Positions 12,961 through 26,462 of a stretch of DNA of 64,000 nt are shown in pieces (the stretch's first letter is position 1; every line of letters starts with the position of its first letter). This stretch comes from Camelus dromedarius (Eukaryota), in the NCBI RefSeq assembly GCF_036321535.1, contig NC_087437.1, positions 53,012,001 to 53,076,000 on the forward strand, in the 5' to 3' direction. A model generated the notes under the pieces. It was not told the DNA's origin, searched no databases, and saw only the letters and a program-made list of their open reading frames with translations. Both the position numbers and the translations under genes were made by a program.

Positions 12961-15900
12961 AGAACCTTAAGAAGTAGGTACTGTTGGCTACAAATAAGAA
13001 AAGACTTGGCTTGGGGAGGGTAAGTAACTTGCCCAAGGTTGCCGGGCAAGTAAGTGCCGAGGGGGCACTGCCCCCTGACTGACCCCCGAGCCTGTGCTTT
13101 GCCGCCCTGCTACCCTTCCTTAGCATGCTTTTGCATATTGTGTGGTGTGGTGTTTTGTGCTCCTATTACACTTACTTGGCTGCTGTGATTCTCCTTCACC
13201 AGGCTGTGAAATGGATGTATTTAAGGGCTTGGGGCGTTAGTGGTTGCATCACATGCTAGGAAATACTATCTGATGAAGAGTGTCAGATTCCCTCGGGTCC
13301 TGGAGGCCAGGTGAGTTCTAGAGGAGTTTGAATTGGATTTGTCACAGGAACCTCCCGTTCTTGAATCTACACAGTCTCAGACAGTGAGGGAGACCAACGT
13401 TGACCCCTAGAAAGGCTAGATGCTCCCAGGACACCCTGCACATTTCATTCTCTTGGCTCACCCAGCAATGAGGCAGAGGCAGTGCCCCTGAACTACACAT
13501 TACACAGAGTGAAACAGGGAAGGCTGGGCTGGGAGACAAACACAAATGCTCTTTAGGCAACTCCCACTTCAGGTTCAAGTGGGCCACTCTCAGCTGTTCT
13601 TGGTAAGAGGGGGCAGTGCAGCCTAATGCAAAGACCCCAGAATGGAATCAAGGAGCCCAGGGTTCAAACTCTGACTCTGCCCTTTCGGGTTGTATAACTT
13701 TGAGCAATTTTTTAACTTTTATGAGCCTCTTTACTCATAAAATAGGCTTGTGCTTAATTCACAGAATATTATAAATATTAAATGAAAATCATGTAGAACA
13801 GGTCGACGGCCTTCATTCCCATATACATTAAAAGTTTGTTGACTGAGTGTTGCTGATGCCCTGCAATAATCAAAGTACTCTCTTCCTAATGAAGGCCACC
13901 TCCCTGGTTACTCAGAAAAATAGCCACTAGCCTTCGAGATAATATAAAGGGGGATTACTTTGGTTGCCTCTGTCCTAGCTACCAAAATGGTTGAAAGTAC
14001 AAAGGCAGGGGCCATGGGGGTAGGGACAGAGAAAAGAAGAAATTCCTGCCTGGATAAAGGCTGATCAGGGAGAGATGGCTCCCAGAATTCTACCTGTTTG
14101 AAGTCAGCCATTAATGGTGGGCCCTGAGGTGGAGGTCAAGTGACATAGAGAAGGTAAGACAGACCCTCTCTTTGTGTATGTTGGTGTGTTGTTGCCAAGG
14201 ACTTCATGGGCATGCCTACCTGAGGCGGGGTTCCCTGAAGGTTACTGGCTGCTCCCTTTTTCAGCTGCTTTGAGAACAGGAAGTAACCAAACTCCCAGCC
14301 TACTGTCACTGCATACCAAGACACCAGGGAGCGGTCATCTGGAGTCTTTGGTTCTGTCTACACTGGCAGAGCAGATCTGTATAGCACGGAGTGCTGACAG
14401 GTTGTTTGTGGATCTGGAAGTAGAGAAAGCCTCTCGTCAGGGAGGCTTTGGGCTTTTCAGTTTGCGCTCTACTAAACGTTTTACATATATTATCCTGTTC
14501 ATTCTCAGAAGAATCCTGTGAGTAGGCACTGTTGATACAAATAAGAATTTCACAGGTTGAAGCAAATTCTCTGCCTCATCTTCCCCTTTTCCCTTTTCCC
14601 ATTTTGTTCTACCAGCACCAGCACCTTTCCAAAGTCTTTGGTAAAAGCCTGTAGGCATATGATACCCTATAATGTGAGGTGGGAGACAGCCCCCACTCTC
14701 CCTGCCAAGCAGACAGCCTGAATGCCAGCGTTCTTCTTGTCTTTTGAAGGTGTCTCCCCAAGCATTCTACTCTTGGCCCATGGTGGAGGTTTGTCCCTGC
14801 TACATACAGCTCTGGTTTTTGTCTGTTTCATTTTCACTTTATAAGAACATGGCATTTGGAATCCGAGAAGGTAGGGTTCGTGCCTGACTCTGCCACTTTC
14901 TAGCTAGACAGTTTAAGTTCTTTGACCCTTTATTTCTTCTTCTACAAAGTGGGAATATTATTCTCTACCCAGCAAAGTTGTGAAGCTCATGTGGCAAATG
15001 CAAAGCACCAAGCAGGTGTTTAACGCATGGTAAGCGCTCCCTGACTGTTCTGTCTTGTTGCTAGGAAACCCACTCAGTGGGAGACTCATTCCCCCACTGC
15101 TGCAGGAGTAGGGACAGGAGCAGTGTGGGGGTCTATCCCAGGCAGCCAATATTTTTGAAGAAAATAAAACTAACCATGTTTTAATGACTTCTGGACTGCT
15201 TTTTCCTCATCTCTCTTCCTGAATTTTTTTTGGCCCACCATTTCTTTCCTTCTCATAATCACCTTTCAGCTGGAGATGACTAATCCTTAACCAGTTGTCC
15301 TGAGGCTGGTTTCCAGGTCCACGAAACTCCGAGGTTCACTGTGAGGCTCTAAGCTACCCAGGTGAGCCTGTTCTTGAGGCAGAAGACCCTCGTCTGGGCT
15401 CCAAGGGACTCTCATTCACAGGGAGGCGTGGCAAATAGCAGCAGGGACATCGTGGGTTGACTCTATTTCGGGGCTTTCTTAATTTCCCCCTGCTTTATAA
15501 GAAAATAACACTGATTGCACACTAGTTAGTTGAATCTTTTCATTTGACAGATGAGGGAAAAATGAGACTACTTAAAAATGTTCTTTTATATTTGTCAGCA
15601 ATTTAGGGCTAGATTTGGTCACCATCCTAACAGCCTATGAATAGCCTGTTTTCAAAGATGTCCACAAGTACAACCAAGCTAGCTGCTGGGCACTTTTACC
15701 AGCAAAGGCAGTGAGCTTCTGATGGCCCTTTTCTGATAATCTAGGAAGTTTTAAGGGCAATAGACTTTTGAAGTCATCCAAACATGAAAACATTTCTTTG
15801 GGCTTAGAAGGCTACAAAGAGGACACTGTAGTTATTTCTAGAAATAGGAGCCCTTAACGTGAAGGTGTTCCTCTTTGTGGTTTGGACTTTGATAACCAGG

Positions 15901-18900
15901 TTCCCCGAATGGGTCATGCCTCAAACAGTCAGTCAGGCCTCCTGTGTCAGCCTGGTGAAGCAGGCGCTACACAAGGTGGCATTGTGGGGTGCGCTAAGGG
16001 GACAGAATGTGGAGGCCGTACTGGGCCAGTGGGCAGGAGACCCGCCTTGTAGCCCCAGGCCTCATACACACTAGAATATGACCCCACAAGAGTTACTCAG
16101 GGTCTCCTGGATTCAGTTTCCTCATCCTACAATGAAGGACTCGGAGCAACTGACTTCTGAGGTTTCTCCAAGCTCCCTGAACAACGTGGCACAGGATGAG
16201 GTGTGTGTGTGGTGGGGGGCCCATGTGCTCCACAACCACCACCATGTTGGGGTGTGGGCCCAACCATTGCCAGAGCTGCCATTTTTTACAAAGATGCCAG
16301 AGATGTGTGTTCTTTATGTAAAATCTCCTGATTATTAAAGTTGGCAACTAATTCAGTTTTTTTAAAGAACACCGTAAGGCCCCAAACTACACATCCAGGG
16401 GACACAATGCCTAGCCAACCAGCTGCTTCAGTACATTAATTATACATTTTCATAAGGTTCATCTTAATTAAAAAACAAAAGCAAATGATATCACTGAATA
16501 TTATGGGTTCGCTGGGTTATGGGTGGTGTTACTGCTACTACTGAAGAGCAGACTTGTGGCAGACTGTCACAGAAAATAACAACCTAGCACAATCAGATGG
16601 GTATGACGGCAGCACAGGACGGGCAAATGCAACTCGAGTTGAATGACAGATCTTACTGATAATATTGAGAACACTTTATCTGTTAACATTTTACATTATT
16701 TGAATCCCAAGTGCTTTTGGACATTGAATAATTGTATAAACCAAAGTTCAGATCAAAGGTTGAAAAAAGAAAAAGAAAAACCAAGGGAGGTGGGCTTAGT
16801 TCTAAGGCCAGGATGTGAAGTCCTGCAAGGGGCCCGTGACCGTCACCTCACAGGTGCTGCAGAGGCCATCTGTGTCACCCGCACACCCAGCTGCCCTGGC
16901 CCATCAAAGAGCTTGTCACCACATCTAATCCACCCTGCATGCTGTCCCCTGCTCTCACTGCTCATTGGAACGGCACTCGGTGACCCCCCGGCACAGAGCT
17001 ATGGATGGAAGGACCTTTTCCAAGAGGAGGCAGTGGCCCCTTTGGTACAAGGGAAAGTGAGCCCCCAGCAACCAGGAAGCAGGCTTTATAAACAGCTGTT
17101 TTTGTTCTCTGAGTGTGACTCTTGTGCCCGCTGTTCCTGCCAACAGATTTGTCTTGGCTCAGCTCAAGGGGCAAGGTATTCCCTGGCTTTTTTCCATACT
17201 GGGGACAAGACTGATGTTCATGGCACTCAGGATAATCTAAGGGGTGTGAATGGGCTGGGGGACGGGAGACCAGAACCAGGAGGGGGTGGGCAGAAGTGTG
17301 AGGAATAAGAGGGAGAACTCAAGGAAGGGCTAAAGAAAACACAAAGGCCAAGGAAGGAGGAAAGCCTGCCTGGCCTCTATTTGTTTTATAGTATAAATAG
17401 GGAACCTTCTTAATAACCTATGAGGACACTTCTTAAGTCATTTTCATCTGTGAAAAATTACCCCCAAATCACAGATGGCAGATCGTTTGCACTTAAGGGG
17501 ACTTTGGGGTCTAGGGATTCCCAGCCAGGAGATCACAGGTCCCAAAGAATAGTCCAAAGTATGGAAGGAGTCCATGAGTTGCTATCAACATTTCTTAATG
17601 TGGGATAGTATTTGTGCATTTACTCATAACAAAGACTGCACAGTGGGTTAAATTTTGTTGTTGTTGTTGTTGTGGAATGGAAGAAAATCACTTACACTGG
17701 TTACTCTTGGTAATCAGATGAACTGAGTGAATGGCAAATGGATGCTGTTGAGTCATAAAGGTGGAGAATGAATGATTACTTAGCACAGCTTTATGGCTGA
17801 CAGAAATCTTACTCAATATGGCACCCATGGTGGGGGCTGGTGACAAATAAATAAAAGTAGTGTACTATTTGATAGTACCTGGATGCATGCAGAACTACCA
17901 CTCCATACCAGCTTGGATTGTGGTCCCCTTTGAAGCCATAGCAGCCTTCTCATGGTACATATTAGGAAACTGAGACCAGTCCCTGAGGATGCACTGGCTG
18001 GAATTCAAACCCCAGCTCCAAACTTCCCAACTTCATCCCTTACCTTTCCACTCCCCTGAGCTCCTGCTATGCCCCTAAAGCCTCTAGAGAAGTGGAAAGG
18101 TCAGGCGAAGCCATAAGAGCCAGTGACTGCAAAGCTGCGGGTCATTCTCATTCATGCTTGTGGACCAGTTTTGATCACAGCTACTACTCAGGCCATGAGA
18201 TTCAGCTCGAGGTTGGCCGGCTAAAGACCCTGTGGCGTTCTTCCCCACAGAGTCTGTGGTGTGGGTCTCCCTACTGGTCTCTGGTCTCCATTCTTGCCCC
18301 AGAATAACAAAGGGCCAAATCTACCAGCCTTGGGTCCAGAGCAGCCTCCCTACCCCTTCAAGGTTAATTCTGAACTCCAGAGAATCTACTCCCACTGAGC
18401 AGTGACCCTTCTCCTGCACACAAGACAGCTTGTTTCTGCGGGCTGGGGACAGAGTCTCCTTGGGTAGTCTCTCCCTAATTCTGTCTGGCACCTGACAGCA
18501 TCTCCCCCTAAGGACAGGACTCCAGCACGAAGCCTGCTGAAGTTGGAAATCAGATCCTCCCCTAGTGCAGCACCTGTGGACACACGTGTGTGCATGCAGG
18601 GCACACGTGCTGGCCAAAACACGGAGGCTTCTCTTATACTCCCCATCCGTGGTACGGAGCACGCTCACACACACTGCTGCTCTGAGGTCCCAGGGTCTCT
18701 CTGAAGCTCCATGGCCCGACTTGAGAACTACCACATTGATGGGAAGTCCATCACATGGTCCTGCCACTTTGGGGGTGACCCTCAGGAGAGAGCCAGTGAG
18801 ACAGCTGGAGTTTTTCTCTCCTGAGGGCTAAGTCTCTTGAGTGTTTTTTCCAGTCAGGATCTGTCCTGGACAAGAGAAAACAGCTCCCTTCCCCCATCCA

Positions 18901-18927
18901 AAAAATAAAAATAAAATAAAATAAAAA

Positions 18928-18976
18928 ACAACATTGTAAAATGACTATAACTCAATAAAAAATTGTTTTAAAAAAA
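18928..18976 (+). mobile_element. Very short L1 terminal fragment after an A-rich tract
   Basis: acaacattgtaaaatgactataactcaataaaaaa matches the tail of the 45334 copy. Confidence 0.82.
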
Positions 18977-21900
18977 TCTCGCCGAGTTTGGCTGCCTTTA
19001 GCTATCCTTTCTCCCTTTGAAGATTTATTTGTGGAATGAAAATCCCCTTCAGGCCGATTTGGCTGAGGCTAGAGGGCTCTGAATAAGCTTGATCTCACAG
19101 TTCTCAGACAGCAAAGTCAAACACGGGGGCAGAAAGCAATTCTGCTCCCAGAAGGTAGCAGGCAATGGAGATGGGAGTGCGGATCTCTGAGGTTCTGTAA
19201 CGACTGCTCAGCTGTTGTGCAGCTTTTTGATTCTGAACTAGCTTTACCAGCACTCACACGTCCATCAGCCCAGATAGCTGCTATCTGAAGGCAGATGGGG
19301 AGGATGGCTGATGAGAACATAGCCCTGAATACCTGGAGAAGACAGGCCACTTGCTGGAATTGAGCTCTCGCTGAGAAAGATCACTTCCTGGGTCCTGAAC
19401 AACCAAGGCCAGAAACTAGGAACTGTATGAGGGAGCAGGAGGCAACCCCCAAAAGTAGGCCCACACCCTCCCCCTACCGTAATTCCCCCTACCATAATTC
19501 CCAGGGAGGCCCCAAGAGAGACAGCAGAGCTTTCCCTCCCTCGCCACTCCCTCCACTCTAGCTCACCCTCAGCTGTTGAGAATCATCTCAGTCCCCACTT
19601 ATCCAGCGTTCACTGTGTGCTGGAGCGGCACTAGCTGCTTTAGGAAACAAAGGGCCCCCATATATGGTCCTCACATCCATCTTCAGTGGTAGGTGCTGCA
19701 TGGTGACTTTGTAGATGCATTTGAAGCTGTTGTTTCTCGGCAAATGCCAAGCTAGCCTGGAATGGTATCATGGTGTCTGAGGGGACGCTGGCTGAATAAA
19801 GTCTGCTTTCCTCTCTACTTCCCACAACTAGCCTTTCTGAGCTTGAGGCAGTGCCTGATTTGTGACAGGTCAGGTTACAAAAGTTCCTTGGTTAAGCCAG
19901 TTGTTTGTCACTCCGAGCACATTTCCCCATAGAAACAATGTTATGTAGAGACCGGGTTCTCAGAGTAACTACTAAAGCCTATCAGCCCGTTAGGTATCCA
20001 GTGTCAGGTTTTGGAGACAGCTTGGTAGAGCTGAAAAAGCTCTGCTTAGAAGCCAGAAAGGCCTGGGTTCAAGCCACAGGTCAGTTGCGATGTGGCTTTG
20101 AGCAAGCAAGTCATTTAGTCTCTATCCCTTAGTTTCTTCATCTCTGAATTGGGATGATATTACCTACCTTGCAGGGGTTGTTGTGAATATCAGTTGAGAA
20201 TGTACACGTGGGTCCTATAATATACACTCAAATAATGAAACAACAGAACTCCCCTGCCATGTATAAAACTTTGTGGCCTCATGGGCTCTGAGTTCCAACT
20301 TGAAATACAAGAGATACATATTTCCTACTAAACTTGGATTGAAGAATCTTTGCTCTCCTCCATTTTTGGGAAAGGAACATGGTGACTTGTCCATCCTAAA
20401 ATCCCTGGTGGCCACCCTGAAATCTGGCCTGGAGTTCTTATTAGAATGGGACTGGAGGTACCAGAAGGAAGTAAGAAGCAGCAGAAGAGGTAGGAAGGTG
20501 AGGGAAGGGCACACCTCAAGCATGCACCATATTTCCTCCTTTGGCTTTCATAAAATGACGCGATGATCTGGTTACTTTCTCCTGCGTTTCCTGTGCCTTC
20601 TACACCGTGAGCCAGTTGGATGCTTCCCAGTCAGAATTAAGTACAGAGTAAGTAGGTTCCTCCTTGGTTCCTCTAACTTTTAAATCATGAGATTGTTAGC
20701 CAGGCAAGTCAACAGTTCATCAGATGGGGCAGATGGCTGATAAATACCCTCTTCCCATCTTTACTCCATCTTCTTCCTGTGCTGCTTTTAAAAAGTCTTA
20801 AATAGGAAAGCAGCAGTCAGAGACTCCCTCTGCCTGAGAAGACTGGAGTATCCACCGCCAGCAAAATCCTTTCTGTTTTGCCCTTTTGAAAATCTCACCC
20901 ATGTGTGCTTGGCTTTACTTCCACTCTGACATTTTTGTGACTTACTTGTGTACTTGTGTATACATTTCTAACATCCACCTCAGTGACTGTGATCACCAGA
21001 ACGTGTCACCCTCACCTAGCATGGCCTTCTGGCTGTGTGTTCTACTCACCCCAGTCCACTGTGAGACCCATCCACTGTCTCAGAGGTCATGCTTGCCTCC
21101 CGCAATGAACTTGACCCGCTCACTTTGCCCCCTCCCAGTGCAGCTGGCAAATGTGCTCCCAGTGTGGACGTGAGCCCACTGCCAGTCCCTTGGAGAACTG
21201 CTTGGCACCCCCTCTGTGGGGCCTCTTATTTCTAGCTCACACCTGCTGCCCCTCTGTGGGCTGTGATTTTCGAGTTTCATTTGAACATTCTACTTTATCC
21301 CCTTTAAATCTCATTTTAAAACTTTCCTGTTTGGTCTCCAAGTCTCTGGCCAAAAATATTTTTCTTGGTTTATGTGACAAGCTCCAGATTCCTTGCCAAG
21401 TGGCCTGTCATTCCAGAATCGAAATCCACGGTCCAGAGGAACAGTCATTCTCAGATCAGTTACAGAACTGTTCTTGTGCCCCATACATGCCTGTTCCTCC
21501 TAGAACCTTGACTCATGACTGAGGAAGAGACTAGAGCATCACCTCTGCCCCACATCCCTTAGTTCCCTATCCGAGAGACCAGAGTCGCTAGAGATACTAA
21601 CCAGGATTCCCTTAGAAGTGTGACTTGTCCCCACACCCATGGCCAGAAGGGACAGTCTATGGGTCATTTGAGTACGTGTATTCCTTTTCATCTGGTGTTC
21701 AGCAATGCGAATTCTGCAAAATATTGGTCTCTTAAGATGCTCTGGTGTAGGAGGACTCTGTGGTTAATTAAATCTGGGAAACTAAATACTTTATCCTGCT
21801 TTTGCATGGTCTCAATAGGTTAGAATCTACATATATTAAAGGCTCTACATTATCATACAGAAAAGAAATATATTTAATTTGGAATTTTCCAATGATTGAA

Positions 21901-22385
21901 CTCCCTTGTCTTCCTGGGACTCGCCCTTTAACATCCCGTGGAATGCACTTTAACTGATGCTACTATAACGAATGCCTGAAGAAGACAAGCTGGTTGTGAC
22001 CGCCATAGGCTCTCATCAGACTTCACGATGATCCTGTTAGCTGTTCTACTTTCCCTCCTCCAGAAGGTCCAAATTTATCCTCTTTGAGTACAGTCTCACA
22101 CTTTAACTTTTTCTCTCCCCAAAAGGGACTGGGCCTTCCCCTCTTTATTTCCATGTCATATCTACTTATTACTCAGACTGTGGCTCTGCTTTATGTTGTC
22201 TTTGACCTTCCGAGTGTCTTTTCTTCCTGGATTCCTTTCTTTTAGTTTCCTCAAGCCCATTCATTCTCTCCTTTGGTAGGAGACCAGTTTACATTTGCAA
22301 CACCAATAATTTGTGACCACCTTCAAAGCAAGAAAATTAAGTAACTGGCTCCCATCATATCCCTGAGGTTTTATTTCCTGCGCAT

Positions 22386-22700
22386 CAGTGTGACAACTTG
22401 GAGGCCCACAGATCTTCCGACCCTTGGAAATGTGTTTATTTGACTTGCACAGTGGTTTTTAAAATTGGAGGATTTCACATTCACACCTGGAGTCTAGCTT
22501 CTCTTGAGAAATCAGACCTGGGTTGCTTTCCAACCTGGCAACAATTGGCTGGAGCTGAGTACTGGCTGCTCCCATTACAAAGGGCATGTGTTCTCCACCT
22601 TGCTAGAGTCCTCGCCACTCCTTAAAGCCTTACACCCTCAACTTCCCTTGTCCATATTAACTGCCTGGCCTCTATTGGCATTTGGATTTGAGAACCCCCA
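22386..22700. mobile_element. hAT-Charlie relic (MER102-like)
   Basis: gatttcacat...gcttctcttgagaaatc...tggcaacaattggctggagctgagt; a related inverted piece lies at ~16250-16410. Confidence 0.55.
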
Positions 22701-24057
22701 GAGAGATCCTGTAGTTTCCTCCTGGAAATTTTCCTAGAAGCTGCCTCAAAAATGTCTTGTCCACTTCCTTCCCAATCTGATCCTTCCTATCTAAGCCCTG
22801 GTACCTTTGGTTGCGAGTCCTAATATGAGTCTGGTTTCAAGGGCTGACCAGCTGCAGCAGTGTAAGAGCCAAAGCTGTTGGTATCTGCAAAGATCATGCC
22901 CACAGAAATAAAATGTCAATCCAAGTCCACCTTTTCTGGGGAAAAAAAAAAAAACTTTCAGTTGCTCTGTGTTGATAAATCAGGAATTACCCAATAGGTT
23001 TATTGACTATTCAACAATCATGGAACACCAAGTAATGGACTTGCCCTTTAACCACTGCAGAAGCAGCTTAAGCTCATGTTTACCTTTCTCCCGAATTTCC
23101 CACTATGCACAATGGATGGTTATTACGCATGTTAACGTTATACTATTAGGTCTTGTAATTAAGGGACAAATTATCTAGTCCTTAAATCTCTTCTTTTCTA
23201 ACCCATTGACTTACTGTTGGCCATTTAATTTTTCTTTAGAACACTCATCTCCAGTTGGGTGGATTACAAGAACAAATCTTGAACCAGGCCACCAGCTCAA
23301 GTTGGAGGGCATCCTGTTGTCTCACCCCCACACCTGCACATCTGCAGAAACCCCAGTTATAAGCAGCCTCCATTCCTCTCCCTGCCCAAGATCAGGGACC
23401 AGGTGGGACAGAAGACAAAAGGGAGAATCTGACTGATTAAAATGCTCTTTGTTGACAGTGCCAATACAAGCCTCACTAAGACTAACAGTTTGGGGTTTTA
23501 ATTTATCCACAACGTTCCTACTACCTCTTGCCTTATGGTAACCCAACGCTGGAGATTACAGACACACTTTCAGCTTACTGAGTTCAAAGGCAAGGTAGGG
23601 TACTTGGCTTGATTGGCACTTTGGAATGCTCTCCAAAAAGGTCCACTTTCAAGATTAAAGAGCCTCTTCATTCAACAGAATAGAAAACATCTTGTTACTA
23701 GACAGTGAGGAATTTCAGTCTAAGTGTAGGTTCAATAAACATGAATATTCAGCAATTATGTAAGTCCCTTGATGCTTTGGCAACTGGAGGGGACAAGTAC
23801 ACTCTTGGAATGAGGAGAGCCCCTTTCACTGAAGAGCATTAGAAGATTGGGAAAATGCTTTCTTTGTAAAATGTGAAGTGGTAAGGCCAAAAAAAAGTTT
23901 TGTTTTGTTTTTTCTCCAAAAACACTCCTATAATCTTCAAAGGAGAGATCGGATGAACACTCTCAGAGGGATGTTAGTAGAAGGGATGCTTACAGGGAAA
24001 GGAGCTGAAACCTAAGGTCCAGTCCAAAGCTAAGATTCTCTACATTGTGATTTTGTC

Positions 24058-24452
24058 CCTGGAGAATGTCATTCTGAGTGAAGTAAGCCAGAAAGAGAAA
24101 GAAAAATACCATATGAGATCGCTCATATGTGGAATTAAAAAAAAACATAAATACAAAACAGAAACAGACTCGTAGACATAGAATACAAACTTGTGGTTGC
24201 CAAGGGGGTGGGGGGGGGGTGGGAAGGGACAGACTGGGATTTCAAAATGTAGAATAGATAAACAAGATTATACTGTATAGCACAGAGAAATATATACAAG
24301 ATTTTGTGGTAGCTCACAGCGAAAAAAAATGTGACAATGAATATATGTATGTTCCTGTATAGTTATAATGTATAGAAAAATTGTGCTCTATACTGGAATT
24401 TGACAAAACATTGTAAAACGACTATAACTCAATAAAAGAAGTTAAAAAAAAA
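24058..24452 (+). mobile_element. L1 3' fragment (ORF2 end + 3'UTR + A tail), same lineage as the 34.8-kb copy
   Basis: Direct similarity to 37286-37692 (cctggagaatgtcattct...aataaaa); no TSD found. Confidence 0.92.
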
Positions 24453-25993
24453 GAATCACAACACTACGCATTTAAAAATGAGAGGTTCTGTTGTGTATGT
24501 CCCACACATACTGCTGCGTGTTCTCACAAATTCCTGAGGTAACCAATAGCATCATACCAGCACCTGAAACATTTCAAATCCACTTATTTATCGACTCTAA
24601 ATACTCACGAGCATCTTGTGAGATAATTGTAATTTCTATTTACATACCATAAAATTAAGAGAGAAGTAACCCTCCTGAGGGATTAGTATCTACATCTCAC
24701 GTAAGGATGACACGCCTGAGAACGAAACTGTAAAGCCATTTGCCCAGCGTTTCTTGAGAGATAATTCACTTATTTCCCAAGAGAGCAACTGAGTTTCATG
24801 GTAACTGTAACAAAAAGCTGCTTTCAAAATTTCCTTTGGCCAAATAATAAGTGCAGTAAAATTTTCTTTAGTAAATGTTGATTTAAATAAGGAATTAAAA
24901 TTAATCATTCTTATCTATTACTCTTCAGCCTTGTCTTCCAAACTCTTTTTAATAAAATGTGTACAAGGATGAACAGTTTAAGGAAAATATATTGGAATGA
25001 ATATGCTAATCACATGAGCTCTAAATATAAAGATGGACTCTGCTGTATCACCGAGGCGTCCCTGTGCACAAGGACAATAATCCTCCTAAGTTTTAATTAG
25101 TAAAGTACAATAGAGGGTTGATAAGATCTGATATTTTTTTCTCTGGAGCTAAGAACAAACACATTAAGTTAAGTTTAAAAGCCACCTAAGTCAACTTCTG
25201 CATGAGAGAATCTGAAATTGTGGCGGCAGGAAAGAGAGAAAGACGGGTGAATTTTTCTTTTCAAAATGGATTTCTACTTGTACAACCAAACAGCACGCAT
25301 CACAATTCAGGGTTTGTAAGAAAGGTGGTTGGTTTCCACCTTTCTATCCCTGACGTGTACTGACTCCCGGGGTTAGCAGAGCTGGTTCCCCTTATTTCTC
25401 TCCTGACACCCCCTCTGCTTTCTGTCTCCTCCTGGGAGTTCTCCCCTCTTCCCGGGCCTCTCCCTGATCCAACAGCCTGCACTAGCCTAACACTTCAGCA
25501 AGATTCAGGATGTAAAGGTCCCTGTATTTCAGGAGCCCTGACATTTTGGGTCTGGAAATACTTTGAAGAATAATTTATTCCTGCATTGATATTTTCAAAG
25601 AGTGTTTACCGACTCACTACCTCGCCGTGCACTCACTCACCTATAGGATAAAGGGCAAACTCTGGGCAGAACCCCAGGATCTTGCCGGAGCTGCCTCCCC
25701 ACTGCCTTTCCACCTCACCTGGGAACCCCTCTGCTTTCCTCTCACGGCCCAGGTCTCCTCACATCCTGCCCACTGCCCAGCCTGTACCTCCTCCCAGCAC
25801 ACACCCAGCTCCTGGCCTCGGGGACTCCGGTTTCTCTCAAGCTCATGCTCAAATGTCACTTCTTTCTGACGTCTAATCCCACTTTCTCAGTGAAGTGCTC
25901 CCACAACACACCATCCACGTCCCCTTGTTAAAACGAAGCTCCCCACCTTATAGTGTATTTCCTTCTTCTGTGAGGGTAGAGGGTGGGGGGGGG

Positions 25994-26462
25994 TATTGGG
26001 AGTTACACTGGGCTCCCCAAGAAGATCTGTTGAAGTCCTAACTCCCAGGGTCTCAGAATGTGACCGTACTTGGAAACAGTACCTTTGCTGATGTAATCCA
26101 TTTAAGATGAGGCCATACTGGGTGGGGTGGGGAGGGCAAATCCAATGACTGGTGTCCTTATAAGAAGAGGGAAATTTGGACCGAGAGACCCAGAAACACG
26201 GAGCGAGAACACCACGTGAAGACAGAGCAGAGACTGCAGTGATGCAGCTACTCGTCAAGGAATGCCAAGAAATGCTGGCACCCACCAGAAGCAAGCAGAG
26301 AGGCACGGAACAGATTCTCCCTCAGAGCCTGGGAAGGAACCAACCCTGCCGACATGTTGATTTCAGACGTCTAGCCTCCAGAACCGTGAAGGAGAAATTC
26401 CTGTTGTTTCAAGCTACCCAGTTTGTGGCAATTTGCCCTGGCAGCCTTAGAAGATGAATACA
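25994..26462 (+). mobile_element. ERVL-MaLR solo LTR (MLT1B/C-like)
   Basis: Recalled hallmarks cagaatgtgacc...ttggaaa, atccaatgactggtgtccttataagaaga, cagattctccctcagagcc; ends ...aataca. Confidence 0.8.

Noticed and set aside
16643..17308. 221-aa plus-strand ORF
   Set aside because: No recognisable domain, no splice or retrocopy hallmarks; ORFs of this length occur by chance in mammalian introns
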